From NCBI GenBank assembly GCA_043821285.1, contig JBDRCZ010000051.1, positions 2,199 through 66,198 on the forward strand: DNA of 64,000 nt, in the 5' to 3' direction. Source of the DNA: Candidatus Omnitrophota bacterium (GTDB lineage: Bacteria; Omnitrophota; Gorgyraeia; B26-G9; JBDRCZ01). Numbering within the stretch: the stretch's first letter is position 1; each line of letters starts with the position of its first letter. This document shows, piece after piece, positions 1-10,480 of this stretch. Both the position numbers and the translations under genes were made by a program. Under the pieces are notes generated by a model. That model was not told the origin of the DNA, searched no databases, and saw only the letters and a list, made by a program, of their open reading frames with translations.

Positions 1-1335
1 TACGAAAATAAGAATAGACTTAAAGAGGCAATTCGCGAATATAAGAAAGCATTGTCTTATGACTATCGTTCAGCAACAATGCATATGCATTTGGGAGCGG
101 TTTACGTGAAATGTGCACAGATTTCAAACGCGGTTAATGAATTTGAGTTAGCTCTTAAGTTTGATCCGCAAAGTGAGCGGTCGCTGTTTCTCCTGGCAAT
201 ACTCTATGCCACCCAGGGCAGAACTGCCGATGCCATTTCGACTTATGAAAAATTAATTACCGTAAATCCCAGCCATCTCCATGGACTGATGAATTTGGCC
301 GATCTTTATGAGCAGCAGGGTAATGCGGAGAAAGCAATTCTTGTTTACGAAAATCTGACAAAGGAAGAAGGGTATCCTGGAATTGTCGCGTTTAATTTAG
401 GGATGCTTTATGGACGTATTGCTAAATACGATGAGGCGATATCTTGTTTGGAAAAGGCCGTAAATCTTAGCCCAAATTTCGCCCAGGCTTATTTAGGATT
501 GGGATTGATTTATGAGCTTAAAAATGAACTAAGTAAATCAGAACAGGCTTATGAAAAGGCAATTGCCTTAAGTCCAGACTCAACGTTTGCTTATCACCGC
601 CTGGCAATGGTCTATCAGCAATATAAATTATATGATCAGGCAAAAGAGCTATATGAAAAGATACTCACAATTAACCCGCAGGACTTAGATGGATATATCG
701 AACTTGCCCAGATATACTTCAAAGAGAAAAACGATGATGTGGCCATAGAAATATTAAATAAGGCGGAAAAACTAAATCTAAAAAGTGAACAGCTTTATTT
801 AATGCTCGGGATTTTATATACAGAAAAAAAAGAATATGAGAAAGCTAAAAAATATTATGAACAGGCATTGCAAATTAATCCCAAAGATGATATAATACTT
901 TTTTATTTTAGCGTATTTTATGATACGATAAATGAACGCGCGAAAGCCGTAGAATATTTAAAAGAGACTCTGAAGCTTAACCCCTATAATGCTACGGCTT
1001 GTAATTACCTGGGATATATATATGCCGAGGATGGGGTAAATCTCGATCAGGCGGTTGAATTAATAAAACGTGCGCTGGAGCAGGACCCGCAAAATGGGGC
1101 GTATGTGGACTCTTTAGGCTGGGTATATTTTAAGAAAGGAATGATTGAGGAGGCGGTTGTAGAATTAGAACGTGCGGTGCAATTGATCCCGGAAGATGCG
1201 ATTATCCGTGATCATTTGGGAGATGTTTATTATGAAAAGGGATTGAAGGATGAGGCGAAAGAACAATGGCAGAAATCTTTCGAACTTAATCCAGACCAGC
1301 CAAAAGTTAAACAAAAAATTGGAGAGCCTGAATAA
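1..1335 (+). CDS. Tetratricopeptide repeat protein (5'-truncated by window edge)
   Basis: Frame is open from base 1. Many TPR units; C-terminal NYLGY...DSLGWVY...DHLGDVY pattern of envelope TPR proteins. Confidence 0.85.
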   Translation, partial: YENKNRLKEAIREYKKALSYDYRSATMHMHLGAVYVKCAQISNAVNEFELALKFDPQSERSLFLLAILYATQGRTADAISTYEKLITVNPSHLHGLMNLADLYEQQGNAEKAILVYENLTKEEGYPGIVAFNLGMLYGRIAKYDEAISCLEKAVNLSPNFAQAYLGLGLIYELKNELSKSEQAYEKAIALSPDSTFAYHRLAMVYQQYKLYDQAKELYEKILTINPQDLDGYIELAQIYFKEKNDDVAIEILNKAEKLNLKSEQLYLMLGILYTEKKEYEKAKKYYEQALQINPKDDIILFYFSVFYDTINERAKAVEYLKETLKLNPYNATACNYLGYIYAEDGVNLDQAVELIKRALEQDPQNGAYVDSLGWVYFKKGMIEEAVVELERAVQLIPEDAIIRDHLGDVYYEKGLKDEAKEQWQKSFELNPDQPKVKQKIGEPE

Positions 1336-2160
1336 ATGAAAGAAAAAGTAAACTTCAAAGAACTCGAAAAAGCTGCCGGTCAAATACGCCGGAATATTTT
1401 ACAAATGCTTGAAAAAGCCGGCACCGGGCATCCCGGGGGTTCGCTGTCTTGTGTGGAACTTATGGTTGGACTCTATCTTGCTAAAATGCGCCATGACCCG
1501 AAAAATCCCTGCTGGGAGAATAGAGACCGATTTATTCTTTCAAAAGGACATGGTTGTCCCACATTATATGCGGCGCTTTCATATTGTGGTTATTTCCCGC
1601 ATGAAGAACTCTTGACTCTGCGCAGTTTTGGTTCACGCCTGCAAGGACATCCGGCCAGGTGTGTTGCTATGGGCATTGAGGTTTCCAGCGGCTCGCTTGG
1701 CCAAGGGTTATCAATCGCGAATGGCTTGTGTTTAGCCGCAAAAATGGATAAAAAACAAACACGGGTTTATTGCCTTATGGGTGACGGTGAGACTAATGAG
1801 GGACAGGTCTGGGAGGCGGCAATGACTGCGGCACATTATAAGCTGGATAATCTTTGCGCAATTATTGATTTTAATAACCAGCAGATTGATGGTTGGCTGA
1901 AAGACGTAAAAGATATGGAGCCATATGCGGAAAAATGGAAGGCATTTGCATGGCATGTGCTTGAAATTAATGGTCATGATTTTAACGAAATTTTGACAGC
2001 CTTTGACACTGCTGAACAGGTTAAAGATAAACCGACACTGATCCTTGCGCATACGATAAAAGGGAAAGGGGTTTCGTTTATGGAAAATAACCCGCATTGG
2101 CATGGCGTGGCCCCAAATAAAGATGAACTTAATCAGGCCTTGGCGGAGTTGAAGATTTAG
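1336..2160 (+). CDS. Transketolase, N-terminal (TPP-binding) subunit
   Basis: Motifs GHPGGSLS, RDRFILSKGH, GSLGQGLS, GDGE...WEA and WHG. Confidence 0.95.
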   Translation: MKEKVNFKELEKAAGQIRRNILQMLEKAGTGHPGGSLSCVELMVGLYLAKMRHDPKNPCWENRDRFILSKGHGCPTLYAALSYCGYFPHEELLTLRSFGSRLQGHPARCVAMGIEVSSGSLGQGLSIANGLCLAAKMDKKQTRVYCLMGDGETNEGQVWEAAMTAAHYKLDNLCAIIDFNNQQIDGWLKDVKDMEPYAEKWKAFAWHVLEINGHDFNEILTAFDTAEQVKDKPTLILAHTIKGKGVSFMENNPHWHGVAPNKDELNQALAELKI

Positions 2161-2166
2161 GACAAT

Positions 2167-2400
2167 ATGGCGGGGCATTTAAAGGAAAATAGCTGAAGAT
2201 CCCGCCTCGCCGACTGTGGGGAAATTATTTGTCAATAATTTTCCCACAGTCGGTGGGATAAATTCCGACGATATAAGTTACCGTGCTTAAGCACGGTAAC
2301 TTATATCGTCATTTAAAGTTTGAAAACCGCAGGTTTTCATATGACAACCTGAACGAGCCAGAAAAACCCTGATGATGTTTGGTTCAGGCTCGTGTAGGTT
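2167..2400 (+). repeat. Modular intergenic hairpin element, family A copy; includes a perfect 44-bp palindrome at 2267-2310
   Basis: Shares junction motifs CATTTAAAGGAA...GCTGAAGATCCC, GGGATAAATTC, TCATTTAA and TTTGAAAACC-GCA-GGTTTTCA with copies at 17193, 19508, 22074, 27009 and 45760. Confidence 0.8.
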
Positions 2401-2412
2401 GAGGAGGACAAA

Positions 2413-4035
2413 ATGAAGTTTTTTCGAAAAATGATATTTTTTTGGCAGCAGAGCTGGGTAATTATTGTGGTAATTACGGTAATTACCGGGTTGATTACCT
2501 GGGCAGTAATTGGCTTAACGTCTTTGGAGTCTTTTTACCGGAATCAAATATTGGCGACAATGCCGGTCTGGATGCTTATTGGGATATTCCAGGGGATTGC
2601 ATTTGTTACGATGTATTGGTTTATCTTGTATGGCGGATTTACAAAGATTACTTCAAAAAAGATTAAGGCAAGAGACATTAATATTCGGTTTGATGATGTG
2701 ATTGGAATTGAGCAGGCAAAAACAGAGGCTTGGGAAATGGTTGAGCTGATTAAGGACCGGGCAAAGCTTAAAAAGATTGGCGGTAAAATTCTGCGCGGGA
2801 TACTTATGGTTGGCCCCCCCGGATGCGGTAAAACTTATCTGGCAAAAGCTATCTCTACCGAAGCAAAAGTGCCTTTTTTAGCCATGGCCTCTAGTGAGTT
2901 TAATGAGGTTTTTGTTGGCGTGGGCGCAAGCAGAATAAGAAAATTATTCCGGCAGGCGCGCATGCTGGCTTATGCCCATGGGGCATGTATTATCTTTATT
3001 GACGAATTAGACGCGATTGGCCGGTCAAGAACTTTTAGTTTTTTAGGCGGAAGTGAAACAAATGCCACCCAGAACCAGCTGCTCGTGGAAATGGATGGTT
3101 TAAAAGAAAAAGATTATAATGTTATTGTTATCGGGGCAACTAATGCTGCAGAAAATGTGCTTGACCTGGCGCTGCTAAGACCCGGGAGATTTGACCGGAA
3201 GATTTATATCCACTTGCCTAATCTTGAAGGCCGGGAAAAATTGTTTCAATACTATTTAAGCAAGGTAAAATATGACCCTTCCATAGATATTGGGCGGCTG
3301 GCGCGTAAAGCCGTGTATAAAAGCCCGGCGGATATTGAAAATATCATCAAAGAAGCCGCGCTTATTGCCACGCGTTATAAGAAAGATATTGTCAGCTATA
3401 AAGAAATAACCGAGGCCATGGAACGTATTGATATGGGAATAAAACATAAGCGTAATCTTACCCCGCAGGAACGGGAGATGGTTGCTTATCACGAATCCGG
3501 ACATTTGTTAGTGCTTTATATATTGCATCCTACAGATGATGTGTTTAAAGCTTCAATTGTTTCAAGAGGCGCGGCTTTGGGAGTAGTGCATCATCAGCCG
3601 CGTGAAGAATTATTTACCTATAGCCGGGAAAGGGTACTCGCAGAAATAAAAGTTGCTTTAGGGGGATATATTGCCGAAAGACTGCAATGTGGGGTAACTT
3701 CTACCGGTGTTTCCAGTGATTTCAAACAAGCCATGCACTGGGCACATGATATGGTATGGATGTATGGTATGGGTATTGGCGGATATGTGGGTGATTATAC
3801 ACTTATCGATAAATCGGAGATTTCGGAAAAAATAAAAGAAAAATTGAATGAGGAAAGTAATCAGATTTTAAGGCAGTGTCTCAAAGAAGTAGAAGAGCTG
3901 TTAGTGCGGGAAAAGACACTGCTTGACCGATTTGCTAAGGAGCTGCTCGCCCGGGATGAGTTGGAATACGATGAAATCGAGGCAATTTTTGCGGAATATG
4001 GTAAAAGCAATATCCGCAGTAAAATTACGGTGTAA
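2413..4035 (+). CDS. FtsH-like ATP-dependent zinc metalloprotease with two N-terminal TM helices and almost no periplasmic domain
   Basis: Walker A GPPGCGKT, pore motif FVG, Walker B IFIDE, RPGRFDR, HESGH. SD GAGGAGG. Confidence 0.9.
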   Translation: MKFFRKMIFFWQQSWVIIVVITVITGLITWAVIGLTSLESFYRNQILATMPVWMLIGIFQGIAFVTMYWFILYGGFTKITSKKIKARDINIRFDDVIGIEQAKTEAWEMVELIKDRAKLKKIGGKILRGILMVGPPGCGKTYLAKAISTEAKVPFLAMASSEFNEVFVGVGASRIRKLFRQARMLAYAHGACIIFIDELDAIGRSRTFSFLGGSETNATQNQLLVEMDGLKEKDYNVIVIGATNAAENVLDLALLRPGRFDRKIYIHLPNLEGREKLFQYYLSKVKYDPSIDIGRLARKAVYKSPADIENIIKEAALIATRYKKDIVSYKEITEAMERIDMGIKHKRNLTPQEREMVAYHESGHLLVLYILHPTDDVFKASIVSRGAALGVVHHQPREELFTYSRERVLAEIKVALGGYIAERLQCGVTSTGVSSDFKQAMHWAHDMVWMYGMGIGGYVGDYTLIDKSEISEKIKEKLNEESNQILRQCLKEVEELLVREKTLLDRFAKELLARDELEYDEIEAIFAEYGKSNIRSKITV

Positions 4036-4081
4036 AAAATCGCACCAGGGGTCTCCACTGCGTATACCGGGGGGGAGATTT

Positions 4082-5344
4082 GTGCAAATAGCCGCGATAA
4101 TTATTGTTTTATCATTTTGTAAATGCGCGCCAGGGCCGACCTATCATCAAGATAAGATTGCCGAATCAATAAAAGAAATTTGCCGGAAAGAATACAATAT
4201 CAATGTGTGCGCAAAAATTATTGGTAAAACGATTGGCGTGTATATTCCCTTAGAGAGATTATTTGACGAAAACTTAAATATTGACCAGCAAATTTCGCAA
4301 AAAATCGATGATGTGATTTTAGGCACATCAAGAGTATTGCTCAGTTCCGATACCGAGCTTGATTTTTATCAGGTGGTTGCCGCGGATACGGCACAAATCG
4401 CCGCTGAACTGGTGATGATCCGTTATATTCCAGACATTAAAAAAATTTATTGCGGCAGTATCTCCCGCGATGAATATACCAAACGCATGCTCTGGGAGGT
4501 AAAGATAAATACCCAGATACTCGCGCGCAAAAGGGTGGAAGAATTGTTTCATATGATGCCGACGGGGAATAGTGATAAGATTATTGCGGATTTTTTTGTA
4601 CGAAAACCAAAAGTTAGTCTGGAGGCGATGATTTTTTTCCGGACGCTCAAAGAGTTAGCGATGAAAAAAAACATTGAATATAAGATTTTGAAAATTAAAT
4701 CGAGAGCAATTGATAAAAATAAAATACTGGTTTATTGCCGCGTATTTGAGGACTATACGCCAAAAACAGGATTTATGGATTATGATTTTTTGTCCCCGCG
4801 GCAATTTTATAACGAATATCTATCATTAGTCATGATAAACAGAGGCGCGGCGACAATTGACCAGATTTATTCCCTTTATCATCGAAGCGAAGGCCGTCAG
4901 ATTCGCCGCTTCCCGGACCAGTATATTACCATGAATAATATCGATGAATGGCTGGAGACAGATTTTGTTTTTTCCGATATGACCACCGGAGATTTTTTGG
5001 CGAAACAGATTTTGAAAAGAATAAAGGATGATTTAATCGAAAATTTTGAAGTTAGTTTTTTACAGGGATATTTTGATCAGGAGAAAAAGAACTTCATTTT
5101 TTTATTAAGCGCAAAAAGTAAAAAACCGGATCTTTTGTTTGGGGAAACCGGGATTAACCATGTTATCGATTTAATTAGTAATTTGTTATATAGTTATGAG
5201 TTTTCGGATTACCAGACGCTCTATCTAACGGATATTTCGGAAAATAAGGAATTAGTCATCAGCCGGGAAGATTTGGAACAGAGGGAATTAGATAAAATGA
5301 ATGTGATAAGGAAATTTTTTATAAAAAAAGGGAAAAAAAGATGA
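4082..5344 (+). CDS. Hypothetical exported or lipoprotein-like protein
   Basis: Long ORF. Probable GTG start at 4082 after GGGGAG, then a hydrophobic stretch and Cys. The 3923 start overlaps the FtsH-like gene. Confidence 0.6.
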   Translation: MQIAAIIIVLSFCKCAPGPTYHQDKIAESIKEICRKEYNINVCAKIIGKTIGVYIPLERLFDENLNIDQQISQKIDDVILGTSRVLLSSDTELDFYQVVAADTAQIAAELVMIRYIPDIKKIYCGSISRDEYTKRMLWEVKINTQILARKRVEELFHMMPTGNSDKIIADFFVRKPKVSLEAMIFFRTLKELAMKKNIEYKILKIKSRAIDKNKILVYCRVFEDYTPKTGFMDYDFLSPRQFYNEYLSLVMINRGAATIDQIYSLYHRSEGRQIRRFPDQYITMNNIDEWLETDFVFSDMTTGDFLAKQILKRIKDDLIENFEVSFLQGYFDQEKKNFIFLLSAKSKKPDLLFGETGINHVIDLISNLLYSYEFSDYQTLYLTDISENKELVISREDLEQRELDKMNVIRKFFIKKGKKR

Positions 5345-6297
5345 TTGTTGAAAAACCAACACGGGACGGATTTGGTGAGGGGCTTTTGGAATTAGGCGAA
5401 ACAAATAAGGATGTGGTAGTATTGACCGCGGATTTATCGGCTTCGGTAAGGGCACAATGGTTTATGGATAAATATCCCCTGCGCAGTTTTAAATTAGGGG
5501 TGGCCGAACAGGACATGATTGGCACGGCCGCGGGGCTTAGCCTTGGAGGCAAAATCCCATTTGCCGGTACATTTGGAGTTTTTGCCAGCGGCCGGGCATG
5601 GGATCAATTAAGGGTTTCGGTATGCTATATGAACCTGAATGTTAATATTGCCGCCAGCCATGGCGGTATTTCTGTAGGTGAAGACGGGGCAACGCATCAG
5701 GCGCTCGAAGATATAACGTTAATGCGTGCCTTACCGAATATGACGGTAGTTGTTCCTTGTGATGCTCTGGAGGCAAAAAAGGCAACTATTGCCAGTGCAA
5801 GTTATCCCGGACCGGTATATTTACGGCTGGGGAAACAAAAGGTTCCTTTTATGACTTCACCAGAGGCAATTTTTAACATTGGTAAGGCAGATATATTGCG
5901 GACGGGAAAGGATATAACAATTTTTGCCTGTGGTCTTATGGTCGCTGAAGCATTGAAAGCAGGGGAGTTATTGACCAAGAAAGGCATTGATGCGCGGATT
6001 ATTAATATGCATACCATAAGCCCGATAGATATTCAGGCGATAATCGATGCGGCTCAAGAAACCCGGGCCATTGTTACCATAGAAGAGCATAGTTTAACCG
6101 GAGGACTCGGGTCGGCGGTTGCCGAGGTTGTTGTCGAAAGGTGCCCGGTACCGATGAAAATGATTGGTATTCGATCGCAATTTGGCCAATCCGGCAAGCC
6201 GCTGGTTTTACTAAAAGAGTACGGCTTAACCGCCGAGGACATAAAAAATACGATCATTGGTTTTTTAGAGACGGTTAAACCGAATTATTCCCTGTAG
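5341..6297 (+). CDS. Transketolase, C-terminal (pyrimidine-binding) subunit
   Basis: Motifs GVAEQDMIG, GEDGATHQ, GPVYLRL, EEHS..GGLG. ATGA overlap with the upstream gene. Confidence 0.95.
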   Translation: MIVEKPTRDGFGEGLLELGETNKDVVVLTADLSASVRAQWFMDKYPLRSFKLGVAEQDMIGTAAGLSLGGKIPFAGTFGVFASGRAWDQLRVSVCYMNLNVNIAASHGGISVGEDGATHQALEDITLMRALPNMTVVVPCDALEAKKATIASASYPGPVYLRLGKQKVPFMTSPEAIFNIGKADILRTGKDITIFACGLMVAEALKAGELLTKKGIDARIINMHTISPIDIQAIIDAAQETRAIVTIEEHSLTGGLGSAVAEVVVERCPVPMKMIGIRSQFGQSGKPLVLLKEYGLTAEDIKNTIIGFLETVKPNYSL

Positions 6298-6302
6298 CAA
6301 AC

Positions 6303-7492
6303 TAGTGCACTGTGACATTAATTTTTGATATTATCATAGAATATAGAGAATTTCTCACGAGCCTTGTTCTTTGTAAACTGCCAAGAGATTGTAATCTTTT
6401 TTTGGTTCCGTTGTTTTGTCCAAGGATAAACTTCATCGGCTAATTTTTTTATGTTTGCGATACGCCGGTCAAGACACTGCTTTGATAGCGCCGACAACTC
6501 AATCTCGGCCATATTCAGCCAGCTGGCTTTCTTGGGAGTATAGGCCATTTCAAAGCGTTGCGATAACACAAAGGTCTCAGGCGCGTCAAAAAGTTCGTAA
6601 AACGAAGAAGGATTATGCGTGTTAAGATTATCCTGAACCAAAATAATCTTATCGGCATCGGGATAATGTGACGCTACATCTTTCATAAAATCAGCATAAT
6701 CTTTCTTAGTCTTGCGTTCTGTGACTTTAACAATACGCTTACCGGCTAAAGGTTCAACAGCCATAAGCACAGCACATGTTCCGTTGCGCTCATAATGATA
6801 GTCCTGACGCTCAACGCATCCTGTTTTCATGGGAATTGGCATCATAACATCACCCAACAACTGACAGGGGCGTTCGTCAAAACAGACAACTGGCCTTTTC
6901 GGATTATAAGGTTGTTCATAAATGTCCAAAACCTGCTCCATCCGCCAGAGATAATCGGCGGTGATGGTTGTAACACACCATTGTTTCTTTAGGTGAGGCT
7001 TAAGTTCGTTTTTTTAAAGTTCTCTCAATGGTTTTATAAGAAATGTTATTAACAAAATTTAACTTGGAATTCTCCGCCCCTTGGGGCGTGGAATGGCGAA
7101 GTTATAAAAAAAGTTCCTTATTATCGGCGAAGCGTAGCGAAGTCGACGTGATGCCCCGCTCCCTTGGGGCGGGGAGAGTTCATTTCAACGACTTTATCGG
7201 CTAAAAGACGCAGACTCCACCTGCAGTGTTCTTGGGGAGCTTTTGAACATGCCAGGGCTGTAATCTGTGCCAGTTGCTTACCGCTGAACTTATTGGGGGC
7301 GCCAGGCCGAGGCTGTTCATATATTGCTGCATTAATTCCTTCTTTTGTATATCGCTGGCGTACTTGGCGAACGGTATTTCGGACTAATCCCAGCGCTTTG
7401 ATGATTCCGCTGTCAGTTTCGCCCTTATCCGCTAACAGTAATATTCGGCACCGAGTTAATGTGCGTGCTTTTTCTTTACCTTTTACCAAAGA
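6303..7492 (-). mobile_element. IS630-family element: orfA (HTH) and orfB (DDE) joined by a frameshift at an A7 run; 5'-truncated and interrupted by a 121-bp insert
   Basis: orfB 6318-6941 has VCFDE, QDNLNTH, YTPKKASWLNMAEIE. orfA has RCRILLLAD, RPGAP, WSLRLLAD. Minus-strand end ...GTGCACTAG at about 6303. A7 run at 7009-7015. Confidence 0.85.
7063..7183 (+). mobile_element. Non-autonomous IS200/IS605-type mini-element (PATE-like), 121 bp
   Basis: Two CCCTTGGGGCG hairpins. Right end GGGGAGAGTTCAT. Inserted 3' of TTTAA with no target duplication. Its removal restores the IS630 frame (DKVVE/LNFVNNISY). Confidence 0.75.
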
Positions 7493-8532
7493 CCATGAGC
7501 TAGGCTTAAGGGAACAGAGCAATCTTTCAGCAGTCCCTTGAAGGTGTAGAAGACCCAAGACTTCTTCTTACCATCTTTGCTCGTGGAGGTAAAAACCCAA
7601 CACTTATGCGGATAATGTTTTTTGATGAGTTTCACCAGCTCATCCTGCTGGCTCCAGCAGTGTTTCCGCTTTAGCGGATGGTAAAAGAAGATGTTACGAT
7701 TGGACTTTAATTCACCAATGAAGGGCAGTTTTTTATGGGAGAGAACAAACTTAAGGAATTCAGAGGACTGAGCATACTAGGCACCAATGACCAGGGAAGA
7801 GAATTTTATTTTTCTATGTAAGGCATTATCGACTAATATTCGGGCAAGATCGAGCTTACTTTTAAAATCTACATCCTCTTTGCCAAATAAGAACTCCTCT
7901 GCGGGGAGATAAGATTTAAAGTTTATCGGGAAGCGTTTGGTTTTGGAGGCGAAGGCAGAGAAGACAGCAACATTACAGATTTCTTCACGATTTAAGACAC
8001 CACAGTGTTGACGTTTAGCGCCGGCGTAGCTTTAGCAAAAGGCTTAGGAGAAGAAGTATCATCGATAACTAAGACGCCGGAGGAAGTAGCAGAAGTAGTT
8101 CTTTGATGTTCAATAATTTTTAACCTTATATTGTTAAGATCATTGCTACTCCATTTTGCTTCAGATAAGAAGTACTGACAAGCATGATAGTTGATTGGGG
8201 TTTTAGAGGCGAGGGCATAAAGGGAATTTCTCTTGTAGTCTTTAAACAAAGCATAGATAAGGAAGGAGAAAACGATAAATTGTTTTTTTGAGAAGGCAGG
8301 TTTAAAACGAAATAAGAAATTATTGATTACCGAAATAGTGAGATTAAAAATACCCATATCCACCTCCTGTTGTGTGTTACGGTAGTTTAGTTACAACTAT
8401 ATACCATAGCAGGAGTTGTGGATATTGTTAAGGGAAAAATTAACGTAACACATTGAAATTACATAAGTTATTAGTTTTCACGACTTACGTTAAAAGATTT
8501 TTTGAAAAAGCTTAAATTTTAACAAAGTACTA
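7490..8532 (-). pseudogene. IS701-family transposase remnant
   Basis: ORF 7992-8363 has YFLSEAKW and GVLVIDDT. After a frameshift it continues on the minus strand (LDLARILVD...GA*Y...FIGELKSNR) with an internal stop. Probable element end CTAGTACTTTGTTAAAA near 8532. Confidence 0.7.
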
Positions 8533-8565
8533 GAAGTACAGAAGGTACCACAGCTTATTTCCTAA

Positions 8566-8913
8566 GGGATTGAATGGAAAAAATCCTTATCTGAAATAAA
8601 AGATATAATAAAAACGGTATCGGTTTTTTCCAATACCGAAGGTGGAAGAATGCTAATTGGATTATCGGAAACAGGCACTGTTGCTGGTGTAGAAATTGGC
8701 AAAGGCACAATAGAAAACATTACCAATCTAATTTCACAGCATACTGAACCTAAAATCCATCCACGAATTATTGTAAAAACAACTGGCGGTAAGGATATCA
8801 TTATAATTGACGTAACAAAATCACATGACAGCCCTGTTTTAGCTGACGGAATTTCTTATATACGAGTTGGTAAGTCAAGCATGAAAATGTCGAAGCACGG
8901 AGAAAAACTTTAA
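8566..8913 (+). pseudogene. AlbA_2 (Schlafen-like) domain fragment
   Basis: Frame reads IEWKKSL...KTVSVFSNTEGGRMLIGL...YIRVGKSS. A stop precedes it and it ends early. Confidence 0.7.
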
Positions 8914-9157
8914 TTGCTTTTTTTAAGAACAAATCAGATAAATTGCATGTATTAATTACTACGGCGTATTAATAAAACTGTTTCAATACACAATACACAA
9001 TACTCAATACAATCTTCTAAACGACACGGCGGGCAGGCGATACAAAAAAATAAAATAAAATTATCACACAGAGGCACAGGGCACACGGAGAAAAACGTTT
9101 GAACTACGTATTGCGGATTTTGTGTAAAAACAGATAAGAAGAGAATAAAAGGAAAAA

Positions 9158-10480
9158 ATGCTATTAAAAGTATGGGTAGCAATTATATTAGTTATGACAA
9201 TTGTGGCAAGTACGGTTTTTTGTGCTGAAAGGATAGATGTTAGCCAATTAGAAGAGCAGAGCGAGATTTATTTTAGCCGGGATGACTATGATGGGTTTAT
9301 AGAGTATTTAAACAGCATAGATATAACAAAGGAAAACATATTAGCTGCCTATCGTAACTATTATCTGGCATTAACCTATATGAAAAAAATAGAATATTTG
9401 GACAAAAGAGAGGATTGGGAACGTTTTTATAAAGTCAAAGGTAAATATTGCAAAGAGGTTTCTAATCTTACTATACAGTTTTCATCATTGTCCGCATCTG
9501 AGGAATTAATTATTGATTTTTTATATCTAAATTGGGCTATCCATGAAAAAGCCGAATATCGAGAATATGCCGCTCAAGCATTTACGAAACTAAAGAAAAG
9601 ATTATTTGACTATGCAATTAGTACCGGTGATTATAAAAAACTTAAAGAAATAGCTGATCGAATAGAGTCAGAAATTGGTGGGAATTTTTCTTCGAAATTT
9701 TTTCAGAAATATATTATGCAGCTTGTTAAAGTGGATGATTATAATAAGGTATTTGCAATAATATTTTCTTTTTCCAAAGAACGGTTTGAAAAGTCCGACT
9801 TTACTGCTTCAAGTTTTGCAGATGAGAAATTATTGGAATTGTCACAACAAATTTATGATATAGATAAACAGATTAGTTTAGCAAATAGTATCGCAGAAAA
9901 GTATTTAGATCGCAATGAATTTTATTATTATGATTCATTTTATAGGCAGTACTTAACTTTACTCTTAAAAAAAGGGAAGGAAGAAGAATTCTATAATGCT
10001 GTACAAAAGGCTATTGATGTATTTGATAGTTCACCGACAAGAAATTCCCAACTGGCAAGAATATATTATAGTATGCTTTTAAATCACACCCCCAAAGAAT
10101 CAGTCTCTTTTACTGTTCTTTATGCCTCAGCTCGTGCTTCGTTGAGGTCAGGAGAATTTGAGGAAGCAATAGGGGAATTTGGGGAAATTATAGAACTTTT
10201 CCCTTCGCACAAAAATATTGCCGATTGCTACTTTCAGATTGCAAACGCTTATTTTTATCTTGAAAAATATGAAAAGGCTGCTGAAAATTTATCAATTATT
10301 GTTGAAAAATTCCCTGAAACAAGTATAGCGGAAGAGGCATTATATTTACTTGGTATTGCAAAAATAAAAGAGAAAAAATATTCCGATGCCTTACACAACT
10401 TTGAAAATTTTTTAATAATATATCCCGAAAGTGTTAGAAATGATAAAGTAATGAAAAAGGTTATGGAGATAAAAAAGTGA
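9158..10480 (+). CDS. Exported TPR protein with BamD/YfiO-like C-terminal repeats
   Basis: Signal peptide. C-terminal repeats of the type AIGEF..II..FP and YEKA...IVEKFP. AT-rich. Confidence 0.7.
   Translation: MLLKVWVAIILVMTIVASTVFCAERIDVSQLEEQSEIYFSRDDYDGFIEYLNSIDITKENILAAYRNYYLALTYMKKIEYLDKREDWERFYKVKGKYCKEVSNLTIQFSSLSASEELIIDFLYLNWAIHEKAEYREYAAQAFTKLKKRLFDYAISTGDYKKLKEIADRIESEIGGNFSSKFFQKYIMQLVKVDDYNKVFAIIFSFSKERFEKSDFTASSFADEKLLELSQQIYDIDKQISLANSIAEKYLDRNEFYYYDSFYRQYLTLLLKKGKEEEFYNAVQKAIDVFDSSPTRNSQLARIYYSMLLNHTPKESVSFTVLYASARASLRSGEFEEAIGEFGEIIELFPSHKNIADCYFQIANAYFYLEKYEKAAENLSIIVEKFPETSIAEEALYLLGIAKIKEKKYSDALHNFENFLIIYPESVRNDKVMKKVMEIKK

Noticed and set aside
7121-7558. 145-aa ORF as an intact gene
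   Set aside because: It is a chimera of IS701 remnant sequence, IS630 orfA and the 121-bp insert.
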